Part shown: positions 29,970 to 41,730 of the stretch, one piece after another | How the letters are laid out: the number at the start of each line of letters is the position of its first letter | Numbering within the stretch: the stretch's first letter is position 1 | Source of the DNA: Entomortierella parvispora E1425 | Taxonomy: Eukaryota; Fungi; Mortierellomycota | Direction of reading: 5' to 3' | NCBI GenBank assembly: GCA_020891255.1 | Contig: BQFW01000009.1 | Coordinates: forward strand, 1,811,843-1,875,842 | Length of the DNA stretch: 64,000 bases | Made by a program: the position numbers and the translations under genes | The notes under the pieces: generated by a model | What the model saw: the letters and a program-made list of their open reading frames with translations, nothing else | Databases searched by the model: none | Told to the model about the DNA's origin: nothing

Positions 29970-32900
29970 ATGGATGACTTGGTGCAGTTTGTGCAGAACG
30001 AGGTCGCCCTTGACGGACAGCCAGGCAAGTAGAGACTGTAGGCTCAAGTAACCTGTCTGCGGAGACTGGGTGCTAACGTAAATCCATTCACATATAGGCT
30101 GCAGTTGGGACCGATTCTGGTACTTTGTCGAGGAACACCAACGCAAACAAAAGGAAACCCTCTCCGCCGCATCGTCCTCCGATGCATCATCTACAGGACG
30201 CTCGGAAGCATCAGCTGTGAGTCAGTCGGATGAGAAGTTTCGTTACTTCCTTTGGAATAACCTTGTGGAGGAGGAAGGCATCATCCTCTATGTGATAACG
30301 GATGCTACCGAGGCGCAGAAATGGAAGGACAGTGATATTGTGAGTGTCCAAGCTAATCATGCAACTATTTTGTCAGGAAGGAACTTCAGACAATCCAAAG
30401 CTGGAAGCTAACATGGGCAAACTACTGTCATCTTATGGATTTGAATTATACAGACCAAAGCTACCCCTGTTCCCTTTTCAAAGCTGGAGGCCCTCACTCT
30501 CGAGAAGGCGTCCTATCACGATGTAGTGGCCAACTACAGGGATACAATCAGGATTGCCGCCAGCCTGGACCAACAACAGCTGGCCGCCCTCGGATACTCT
30601 GGAGTTGCAATCGGCATGCCAGACGCCTCATTTCACATTTTGCAGACAATTACGGCATCACGCGAAGTTGGAGTGACTCAGGTCGTTCTCGCCAAACAGT
30701 TTTCCATTGACCCGAAGAGCATGTTTCATTTCCTGAAGGTGCTCTTGCAAATGAAGTTGATTGTCAAGATTCCAGTAACAACAGACGGCCTTTACACCTT
30801 GCTTTGTCTGCATGTCAAGTTTGCAGACAAAAACATGGGCTACCAAGCCATGACCACTGTCACCACAGTGACGCAGCCACTTATCAGCAGTAGCGACGGT
30901 CGTCGATTCGAGGGTCTTTTGAAGCAGGACTCAAAGCGAGTGAGCTATTACAGCGGACTTATCAAGCAAAAACTCACAGACATTCTTGGCCATGCCAAGA
31001 ATCAAGTGATGACTCTTGAGGATCTAATCCTGGCTCTTGTAAGTCTCTTACTTATGGAGTTAGCAGAAGCTGAGTTGTTACAAATAAGCCCATTTCTGAC
31101 CCCTTTCATTCTACAATTTTGTCCGATAGGATCTTGTCAACATGAACACCGTGCAAAACCGTTGGTTCAACCGTCAGATTGAACTTTTGTGCAAGCTAAA
31201 GTATATTCAACGAGTTCAAGTGCCTGGATTCCACCGCTGCGTAAAGCTTGTAAAACCGTACGGTGTCAGCATGGCTGGAGATGGTAATTATTGCTCCTTA
31301 CTCCATGTTTTATTCACTGCAACAGATATTTCTCAGAATCTTCCCTAACTACCTAAATCCAACCATAGAAAAAGAGAAGAGTAAACTCAATCTCAAGGCT
31401 GTCATTGCAGAGGACACACCTCAAAGTGGCATTTGTGTTCACAAATCGGTCGAACATCAGATTTACACGCTTATTTGCGACAGCAAAAGCACTGGCATTC
31501 TCGCCAAGGTAAGTTAAATGACTGTGAATGATCTCGAGATGAATACCATTCTGGAGACTAACGAAATGCCATAATCAATGTTGAACGATTAGGAAATTCG
31601 ATACCATATGGACAACATGAACTTGCGTTTGATGGCTAGAATTCTGGATGGACTCTGCAAGTCCTCAGCAGATGTTCCTCAGCCTCATTGCAGACGAGTT
31701 CTAGAGTTTAAAGGACGGGAAAAACGGTATCGATACTTCTCGGCCACAAGTTTCAAGGATTCACTAGATGAAGACGAAAAACAATACATCGAAACAACAA
31801 ACAAAAAGTCGGCATCCCATCAAAAGAAATCAGGTTCGAATCCTGCACTTGCCGACACGCAGGCCGTCCGGGTGGCCGCGAGCTCGAACCGACATGTGGA
31901 TCTGACTACAGCAGCAACTCCTGGTCCATCATCTCCAGTAGCTGCTACGGAAGCGCCCACAACGCCGACACAGGAAGGCTCCCGTCGTCCAGTGCCAAGG
32001 GCAAAGAAAGGAAAAGGCGCGGCTGTACTTCCGGAGGAAGGCGCTCCAAACCCTGATCGCTATATCTCAGTTGCTCTCATGCAGCGCCGCAAGGTGATCC
32101 TATCCATGGTTGAACGGGACAAGATGATGGAGATTCAAGGACCATTGGTGGCCCAGTACCAGGCAGAGAAGCGCCGTCTGTATCCAGAGGAGTCTGACAC
32201 CACCGTGATTGACCGCAGGACGCTTTATCGAACTATCAACCTTTTGGAGTCTGAGAAGAAGGTCCGGATCATCAAAGTGGACAACCTCCCAATGGTAGGA
32301 GGGGGAATGCAATCGAAAACCTTTTGCCTGGACTACGAACTCGACCCAGAGTCGGAGGAGGTGAGGCGGTTTGTCAAGGACAGCACCAATCGCAATTTCC
32401 TCTTTGGATCGCTGTCTTACAGACCCACTAGAAAGCAGGAGGAGTTGGAGATTGAGGTTGAGACTCTGGACGAGCTGCAGCAGCGTTTAGGAGGAAGAGC
32501 TCTTGCTGGGCCTGAAATCCCTTTTGCACGTCTTGGAGCTGTGAATAACAAAAACAAGAAACGAGACCGGAGTCCTCAAGGTGGCGGTGGCGATTTTGAC
32601 GGATCACAGTATTGCTACGAGTTTGGATGGATCCGTGCCAAGATGATGAGAGCCTTAATTTTTCACCGATTCATTGTGGACAGACAGGAAGCCAAAGACA
32701 GCCGACTGTATCCCCATGGTAACCTACCGGATGTTATGGCTACCGCCCCTGTGTTCGAAACATTGCCCTTAAGAATCTTCATGCTCATTATTGGAGTTGT
32801 TGAAGAGGCATCTGCGGAGGCAAAGGCGTACATGGAGGACCCCAAGAATGCCGCCATTCCTTTAGGAGCCACACCCGACTTTTTGAGCCGAATTCGACGA

Positions 32901-35900
32901 CCAACAAAGTACTTCAAGAAACGACTTCGGGAGGCGTTGGAGATTTTGGATGCTGTCGGACTTGTTTCTCCGCTGGAGGAGATGCACGGAGTTCAGGACA
33001 GCAGCCTCAAGCTGGATTACAGGCCATGCAACAATCACTTGGTTCTGAACACTCACTACAAAGTACATCGGTTAGTCCAAGCCCCGCTCCATCCCATCAC
33101 CCCTGACCTCTTGGACGCGGACCTCAGCCATCGCAAAGAGTACGATCTCTTCCAACGTAATCAGTGCAAGGCGTTTTGGCTGGATCTCCAATCTACCTCA
33201 GCAAATCTTACTACCGAGAGAGCACTGAACAAGGTCTCGATGGAAAGGCCATGGTCGGAGATCCGCCGAAACTTCCTTTTGAGTCTGTGCAACAAGCGTC
33301 TTTGGACAGACCCAATTCGTATCTCAGCTGAGCAAAAGAACATGCTGATGATGTATGTGGACAAGAAGCGGCAGTTTGCCCCCGTTGGTAACCGTGCTAA
33401 ACTTGACAGAATTGCAGCCCAGACGGGTCTTCCGAGCGAGAGCGTTGCGCAATTTTACAAGTCGCTCCAAGGTGCCTGGACCGCTCAGCAAAACCGAAAG
33501 CACGCCTTAGGAACGGTGACTCGCTTGAGCCAAGTGAAGAGGGTGCAGCCATCTGTAAAGGAGGTGGCAAAGTCGACTATGGCAACAAAGAAAACACCTG
33601 GACCGTCAGCAGCAGTCCAGGATAAGACATTGGAGACAGCAGAGGTCCGAGTGAAGATTGAGCCGAACGCTGTTTGGACAGGTCTTGATACTCCGGGAGA
33701 CCAACCTGCGCCATCCACCTCTACAGCCGCAGTAGAGCGTTCAGTGGTTGATGCACCTGAGGATTTGAGCCAGCTTGGCGACGACGAGCTCGATGGAAGT
33801 CAAGGAGGCGAAACTGCAACTGTCAAGCTGAACGACGACAAACTCTCCCTAGGACCCATCAAGCAACGGCGTCGTACCAGAAGGAATTGGACGCCCGAAC
33901 ATGAAAATGAGCTATTGATTACAGTAGCTGTTGTTCGCAGTATGTCCGAGATTTACAACAGTCGATTCAGTTGGGCCGCTGTTGCTCGAGTCTTCGAGGA
34001 TCGGACGCCTGAGCACTGTCGCCATCGATGTGACAAGCTTCTTAGAGAACCTGACAATGCCGCCCTGGTGGACTCTTACAAGCAACAGTTCGGCCACCAG
34101 TACCTTAACATTGCGCTGAAGGTTCCTATCGACCCCAACCTTAACAACTTTGATCCTCGGCAGGTGTTGAAGATATTTAGGCCGACAGTGAATGTTTCAG
34201 GGTAAGCGTCGCTGGAGCTCAGACAGAGAGGTCTATGCGTGTTTTTTTTTTTAAAAAACGTAACTCTCTACTAACGTCTTCATATGATATTAGGGAGGTA
34301 TTGAATGAAATAACCCCTCTCCCAAGGAACGCGGCCAAGGTGCTGACCACCTATAGTGTTCGACAAGAGGAAAGATACTCCAGTCTCTATGCAGAAGACA
34401 AGGTATACCCTCTTATGTCCCAACCGCGTCTAATCAGACTGCTCAGCTCTCTTCCGTCGACTCTCCGCCTGAGCACGAATCACGAGCTGGATGCGTTACC
34501 CTCGGATTTAAAGCCTCCGATGATGATGTCAACTACATGGCGGCAGCAGGGCAAAATAGAGGAAGTTCTGGCACGAACCGGAGCACCTACAGGAGCAATC
34601 GCAGTCAGAGATGAAGTCCTTGCTCGCCAGCACGTTATCTTCACCATCATGAAAGCTGTTTTCTCGACATCCCATAGTCCACAGACCGCAGACCTGACAC
34701 GAGTCCTGCTTTCAAAATTCGATGCCAACCTCATCACAGACACTGTCCAGCTGGCGAAAGGAACCTGGAAACTGTTGATCAACCTGAAGGGCTCAACTTA
34801 TCGAATCCCCGGTCAAAAGCTGGGTCGATCAGAGCGGCTAACGGCCTCGATGGTGGGTCTTGTTTCCTCGCAATGGACTTCAGAGGCATCAAGGATCGAC
34901 AGTATCTACAGTAGGCTCGTCGAACGAATGTTCCAAGACGACGTGAGCCGAGCGGAGATGATGGTCATTATGAGCCATGTGGGTCAGAACTGGCTAAAGC
35001 TCTCCGTTGCCCCGCTCTCTGAGGCTGAGAAAGTGACATTTGAACCGATTGGTGTGGACGGACTGATCAAGTATGACGTCTGCATGAAGAACACGAGGGA
35101 TACTTCTGCGAAAACGAGTCCAAAATCTTTGGAGGCACCGCTAGCGCCAGCAGGCGATATCAAAGGACTGAAGCGTGCAGGAGAGGATCTACTGAAGAGC
35201 GAGTTTGAGATGGATGATGTGCTTTCTCAGTCTGAGAAGTCCAAGAGAAGCAAAAGTGGAGACAAAGGCAAGGACAAGGAACCCGCAGAGACCATCGACC
35301 TGTGGGAGCAAGCTCGCCAAGATGCTTCGACAGCATTTGAACGTCATTTGAAGTCCATTTCAGACGACAGTCGACGCCATCTGTTCCAGGCTATTTTCAA
35401 CAATATTGAGGCTACTGGTTCTGTCGGTCTCAACCTTGTTGACCTCAAGGTAACTTCATATCTCCAGTCTTCTGCGGCTTCTTTTATCATGTTGGACATT
35501 GAAATTAATCGTACCATTGCATTCAGGCTGCACTAGTGAAACAAGCCGTGGATTGTGCCGACAAGGATATCAGGGAGTGTGTTCGAATCCTGGAGTACTC
35601 GAAACCACCAATTATTTTCAATGTGGGAATGACATTGGACCGATATGTCAAATTTGGTGAACACGAATCTCGGACGATCAACTACCAGGAGGCTCTGGCA
35701 TTTGTCATCACAGGAACGGAGGATAGTGAGAGTTCAATTGAGTCCAGGGCACCGTCGAACTATGTTTCTCCCAGGACATGGAGGCGACTGGATGGCGTTT
35801 TCGATGAAATTGCATTTGAGAAATCTTTGCATGCTGTCGTCACTCATATTGCCGAGAGGCCAGGCATTACCAAGGTATGTTTTTTTTTTTTTTTTTTTTT

Positions 35901-36374
35901 TTTAATCTCACAAATCCGATTATGACCTTAGCCACTTGGCCTTGATCCCTAATGCCTTTACCCGCTGCTATACAGGGAATTCTCAATCGGGATTTATACA
36001 TGGTTTTCATGTCCGTGGAGCTGGACGAGCTTTTGGAAGAACTTGTTAATCGAAAGGCTGTCTGGATGGAGTACTGCATTCTCCCTCCGCCTGCAGGTCT
36101 GTTTACTAAGCGAAGGATGGTCGAGCCCTGTGATAAGGATACGATTCATGATCGCAAGATAACGAACCTGTTTGTTGTGCCGGATTACTACCGATATTTG
36201 GACATGGCATTGGTTCGAACCAAGGTGAAGGGGCCGATTCGCAAGGCAGACAAGAGTGACGATCCTAACGAGGTGATTGAGGTTGAGGATGACGAGGAAG
36301 AGGAAGAGGATGAAGAGCCTGAGCCAGAGGATGAAGGAGAGCCTGAAGAAGACGAGGAGGACGATGATGTCTAG
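29970..36374 (+). CDS. TFC3: TFIIIC B-block-binding subunit tau138 / Tfc3 / GTF3C1
   Basis: N-terminus MDDLVQFVQNEVALDGQP|GCSWDRFW matches the family start. B-block winged helix ILQTITASREVGVTQVVLAKQFSIDPKSMFHFLKVL. Later winged-helix/Myb-like segments (RRNWTPEHENELLITVAVVR...FSW) and an acidic C-terminal tail. Confidence 0.88.
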
Positions 36375-36558
36375 GATGTTTTTTTAATAAATCTCGGCCC
36401 CGCCCAAATTCGCTTCTTTCACCTTTTTTTCTGTTTCACCCACATTTCTCGGCATTCTCATCGCTGCGCTCATTACTCAAACCTCACATCCCATCCTGGA
36501 GTCAGCAGCACGCCATTTACTCACCGTAGACAACAAACACTAGAGTGGGCAAAACTCA

Positions 36559-38960
36559 ATGTGTGGGAGAACTGCACAAGGACTGGTAAGAGAATCATTC
36601 GTTCAATTAGAGCGATGGTTGTGTGGTCTCTATGTCCATTGTGTCCATGTGCAGGTTGTGGTAATTCCCGCGTCTCTTCACATTCATTGCTGCTTAGCCA
36701 CCCTCGCAGATTCAACAGGAATTGGAGCGCACTCTGCCCCGCAGACCCGAGGAATCGTGGATAGACGAGGATCGATATCGCACATCGTAAGTGCTCATCA
36801 TCATGTATCGAGAGATATTGGTGGCAATTCTTGTCACCAACCTTTGACGCTTCCTTTTTTTTTTAATGTTCCTTCCTTCATCACGCCTTTTCGACCTCAC
36901 CAAAACCAAAGATACAACGTTACACCGACACGTTACCAGCCTGTCGTCCGCGCAGAAGGCAGTTCGAATCAATATGTAGTTCATATGATGGTAGGTGACC
37001 TTCGCTTCCCCCCACCAGATCTGGGTGACCACAGGACATTTTCGACTTGATCTGACTCTTTAATGTCGTTTATTGTATTAGCGATGGGGACTGATTCCAC
37101 ACTATACAAAGACGATGCCGGACTATAACTCAGTTCTGAAGTCAATCAATGCCAGAGACGACTCGCTCTTTGCCGGTCCTACCTGCAAGTCTATGTTCAA
37201 CCATTCCAAAAACTACAAGCGATGCATCGTCCTTGCGGAAGGGTAACATCCTTTTGAACATCATCTGCAACGCCAATGTATGACTTTTGATGACCTCCCT
37301 GGCTACCTTTACTAAAGCACATACCCGACAATCTAGGTTTTATGAATGGAGAAGACGAGGCAAGGACCGCGTTCCTTTTTACACAAAGCGCAAGGACGGT
37401 TGCCTGATGTTGATGGCGGCCATTTACGATGTTGCTCAGATCCAAGGCGAACCCCAACCACTTTACACCTACGCCACCATTACCACCAACGCCTCGAAGC
37501 AACTGGAGTGGCTCCATGACCGTATGCCCGTCTTGATTCCCAACCATGAACCTGAAAAGATCAAAGCCTGGCTCGACCCGAAGGTGCCATGGAACTCTAC
37601 GCTTGAATCCATGTTGAAGCCTTGCGACGAATATTTGGAGGCGATCGAGGATACCAGCACTGAAGTCAAGGAGTCGGACAAGGCCACGAAAAAGATAGTA
37701 TACGCGCTCGAGACATACCAGGTTGATGAGAAGGTCAACAGCGTGAAGAATGACTCTCCCGACTTTGCAAAACCTTGGAATTCGAGCTCCAACAAGAAGA
37801 CTTTGAACCGGTTTTTCATGCCAGGAACCGCCATTGCACCTGACGACAACAAATCAAAGGATCCCAGCACGCAGAGTCCGGCGGTCGAACACCCTGACTC
37901 CACTACTGAAAAGCCAGCCTCATCGCCAAAGTCTGACGTGACGACGACTTCACCAAAGATTGACAACCTGAACTCCACGCGCTCAAGACGAGTGATCAAA
38001 ATGGAGAGCGACGATGAAGATGAAGGAGACTTGGCAACTGGAGTTGCAGGGGGAGAATATCGATCGATTTTGGCGCAATTACATCCAACGTTAGGGGGCC
38101 AAGGTCGATCTGAACCTGCAGATTTTGACCAGTCAGATGGAGGACTTGAGCAGAAACATGAAGGACAGCGGCAAAAAGACAACAGCGACGGTGCGGACGA
38201 AGAGGAGGACGAGGATTTGAAGTTGGCACTTGAGGCGTCAAGAAGGGAACACGAGATGAATACGAGTTTTTCACGTTCGCAATCACCTCCTCTGTTTTTG
38301 ACCTCGGGACCGGACGAGCCTGCACCTTCGACATCGGCATCCTCCGGCACACCACCACCATCGGCCTCCGGGGCGATCACGCCCAAGCATACGGCTCTAT
38401 CGTCGTCATCCTCATCGTCATCTTCAGGACGGTCACCACTGAAGGTTGACTCCCGTGGTACGGTAGACCTATTGGAGAAGCGGAAGGCGGATCTGAAACA
38501 GGAAGAAGATGAAATGAAGCAAGTTTTGGAACTCTCGCGCCTCCAAGCGATTGCCGATGGCCATGACGACCCGTCATTGCTGCAGGAATCGGCCACCTTG
38601 TCTCAACAATCGCAAGTAGACTCATTGAAAGAACAGGAGCGAAGAAAGGAACAAGAGGATTTGGACCGAGCCATCGCTGCATCATTGCAAGGACCAGAAG
38701 AGGGTCAATCGACATCACCGAGAACGAGGGCTACATCCGAATCATCTTCCTCATTCCTCTCACAGCAGTCCACTGCTTCAAACAGTAGCTCGGCTTCTGG
38801 ATATCCAGCCTCACCATCGCCCAAAAAATCAAAGTCCCGGGCCTCCATTGAGGCACCCTCGCCTAAGAAACGAGGCAACTCCGGTCCAGTCTCGTCACCA
38901 GCCTCAAAGAAGAACAAACCAAACCAGGCCAGCATCACTAGCTTCTTCCAACAGAAATGA
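36559..38960 (+). CDS. HMCES: SRAP-domain abasic-site processing protein (HMCES/YedK) with a UIM- and PIP-containing tail
   Basis: Spliced MCGRTAQGL|PPSQIQQEL...YRTS|YNVTP...M|RWGLIPH...SINAR...RCIVLAEG|FYEW...TITT...LHDRMPVLI. Catalytic Cys2, Glu and His are all present. Confidence 0.95.
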
Positions 38961-39132
38961 TAATACCCCAGGGAGAATAAAGCTGCTTTTTCGTTTTTGT
39001 TTTTTTTTTTTTTTGAACTCGAAGCATGTCACCAACCACCATTGTTCCCTTTGCATTGCTTCTCTGCACCCTTTCGCACAACACCTTTCTTTATTATCAA
39101 CCATAAGATAGTATGAGTAGCTGTGCTCGTCA

Positions 39133-39806
39133 TCACTCCTCCACCCAGTCATCCGATCCAATCCACTCTGAAGGCGAAGGGTTCAAATCACTTTGACCTT
39201 GAGCTTTAGTCGATGACTCGTAAAGCAGACCCATGCCATCCAAACTACAGATTGGCTCTAATACGGATGTATCTTCGGGGTCCGAGGGCAACAGAACTGG
39301 TGATGGCAGTGGCTCCTTAGTCAATGAGCAATTGATATCGGTTTCCACGTAGACATCCGTAAAAAAAGAGGCGCTTTGAGATGAACATTGGTTGATTGCG
39401 CATCCTACTCCTATCGCCGGGGCATCATACTTCTCATTACCACTGATGCCGTACAGGAAGTAGTCATGTTGCATCTCGGCAATACTTTCAATCTGAAGTT
39501 GATGTCCTGCGAGCTGATTGGGTGGTGGCCAGTCTGGGGAAACAGACATCACGGACGACATGAACGACATGGCGGGACCATCTGTTGCATTTGCGGACGG
39601 ACCCAAATTCTTGACCACGAGGATTTCGTTCCTCTCAGCAAGATCTGCATCATGAGTGCCAGTTGTGTCAGCAAACGAGGGTGAGAGGGATACTTCCATC
39701 CTTAATCCGACTGAGGCTGTCCCTACTTCTGACTCCACATGAACAGTCGTACTGAGTGGCAGACTGGGGGCTGGAACTGTCAGAGAAGTTGTCTTTTCTC
39801 TGAAAG

Positions 39807-39839
<33 letters not shown>

Positions 39840-41071
39840 GTCTGTCTCCGCCTGTTGTGGTGATACCTCCTTCCTTCGACGCAGATGATGGAGTGTATGG
39901 GATTGCTTTGCACTTATCATTCTGGGGAGACAGCACTTCTGGCGCCTCCACTGACAGGTATCGTGTGCGAAGGGAACTAGCCACAACAGCCGGACCCCCT
40001 TTTTGCGCCGAGCGCCTATCGACTTCAGGCCTAAAGGGATATTGGAGCTGCTTCAGATCGTCCACTTCCCCAGAAACTTCCGAAAGTGCTTCAACTTTGC
40101 ACTGTCGAGACCGATATTCATTGCAAATGGCAATATGCCTCTCCTAATACAAAAAAAAAAAAAAAAAAAAAGTTAGAAAGAGGACCTTCATTATGACCAT
40201 CATGGACCTTTTTGCACGTACGGGAATCAGCAAAGGCTCCTCCTCTTCTTCCACCTCCTCCTCTATCTCTTCAGCCTCATCTTCATCCTGAGCCCTTACT
40301 TCGCAGTCGTTGAAATCGTATATATACTCTGCGTCATCCTGATTCAGCGAGACATTGTTGCTTCGAAAGGCTCCATAGTTGAAGTATGTTGGTGGCTCAT
40401 AGCTCTGGCCCTCTCTGCCACGAGACTGCACACGATTGCGCTTGGACGATGATGTGCCCTCATCTTCGTATTTGACGCCCACCCCACCGCTTCTTTTAAT
40501 CGTCTCTGCTGAAAGTCTGTGCATGGTGGAGTCATGATCTGGCAATGATCGAAGTTGAAAGGCCTCACCAATCCAATCGAACGACGACGATTTGAGCATG
40601 TCCAGACAGTCGAGTCTGGCAGAGTTGTAGCTTGATGGATCTACGGAGAATACAGTGTGGCGCCATATATCCCTATATTAGGAAGGGAGGTGCGGATGCG
40701 CTCGACTTTGCTTTAAAACGTACCATGATGCGCGGCTTTGAGATCAAGCTCCTCATAAAATTCAGAGGTTGATCTTCCCGATTGCTTGTTTGGCGACTTG
40801 GGCTGCGGATTGTTTGGATATATTGTCGACGGATACCGACTTTGGCGGTTCTCCTGAAAGAAAGAGAGGGTACTTCCTTGATCTAGAGTATTTCTGCGTT
40901 GACGTTCAAAGAACTGCCTCTGCTTCACTTTCTCTTCTGAAGCATGGATTCTTGTCCTATTCCAAACAAAGAATCCATGGAGTCAGAGAGAGAGAGCAAT
41001 ATGGTCATCCATTTCCCGTGAGAAGACGGCATATATTTGTGCCCACACCTTCGCCCTCCTGTCCAGTTCAT
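39133..41071 (-). CDS. HEIP1/REDIC1 (C12orf40)-like protein: conserved N-terminal motif, otherwise low complexity
   Basis: The 23-nt exon 1 (41071-41049) spliced to exon 2 (from 40956) gives MNWTGGRRTRIHASEEKVKQRQFFERQRR, resembling the recalled MNWVGGSR...KQKEYFE start of C12orf40 and the QWMGGSRRKV start of plant HEIP1. Exons 3-4 splice in frame to the stop at 39133. The assignment rests on a short motif only. Confidence 0.6.
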
Positions 41072-41730
41072 TGCAACAGTTTGTCCGCGTAGTTGAGTGG
41101 AGTGATGGGGAAGATGTAGGAGACAAAGAGAGGAAAGCCATAAAAAAAAGCCCTCTTCCCACGTAATCTGGAGCGACGCCCAGGTGATCGATCACCGATC
41201 ACAGCTCCTCCCCCGAGAGCGTCAATCTTTTGTACTTGGTCCTTGAGCCCTTCACCAGCCCATTCAACAATCATATTCGGATGCCTTCAACCTTGGACAG
41301 CCAGGTAGCCCGCATGCAGCTCTGGAGGAAAATGACCATGTCTTTTTCGCGAACAAGGCGCGTGCGCGAAGCCAGTATGTGAAATTAATTTCGCTTTCCG
41401 CAACTGAGAGCATCACGGATGCAACTGGAATCAAGGACCAGGCTTCAGCCCAAACATCAATCACATCGCGAACCACACCAACCGTTAGAGAACGGCGGAT
41501 GCGAGTTCAATCTGACCCTCAGGCGTTGATGCTCTCAGGCGCTGATAGACGACCGCGCGTGCCGGACTGTGGCGATGATCGTCTATTGCTGTTTACGAGC
41601 GACTCATTTTGCTCTGAGAACCCCCTCTTTCCTCTTCATTGTTACCACTCTCCCAGTCGACTCTTGCCATTTGGTTTTCTTGCTTAATCTTACAACCAAC
41701 ACTGCAACGCTTCCACACAACTCTCCAGCT

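Noticed and set aside
37469-38596. Long antisense ORFs (also 3789-4709, 44201-44878, 48502-49512)
   Set aside because: Shadows of real genes with biased codon use, on the opposite strand or an alternative frame.
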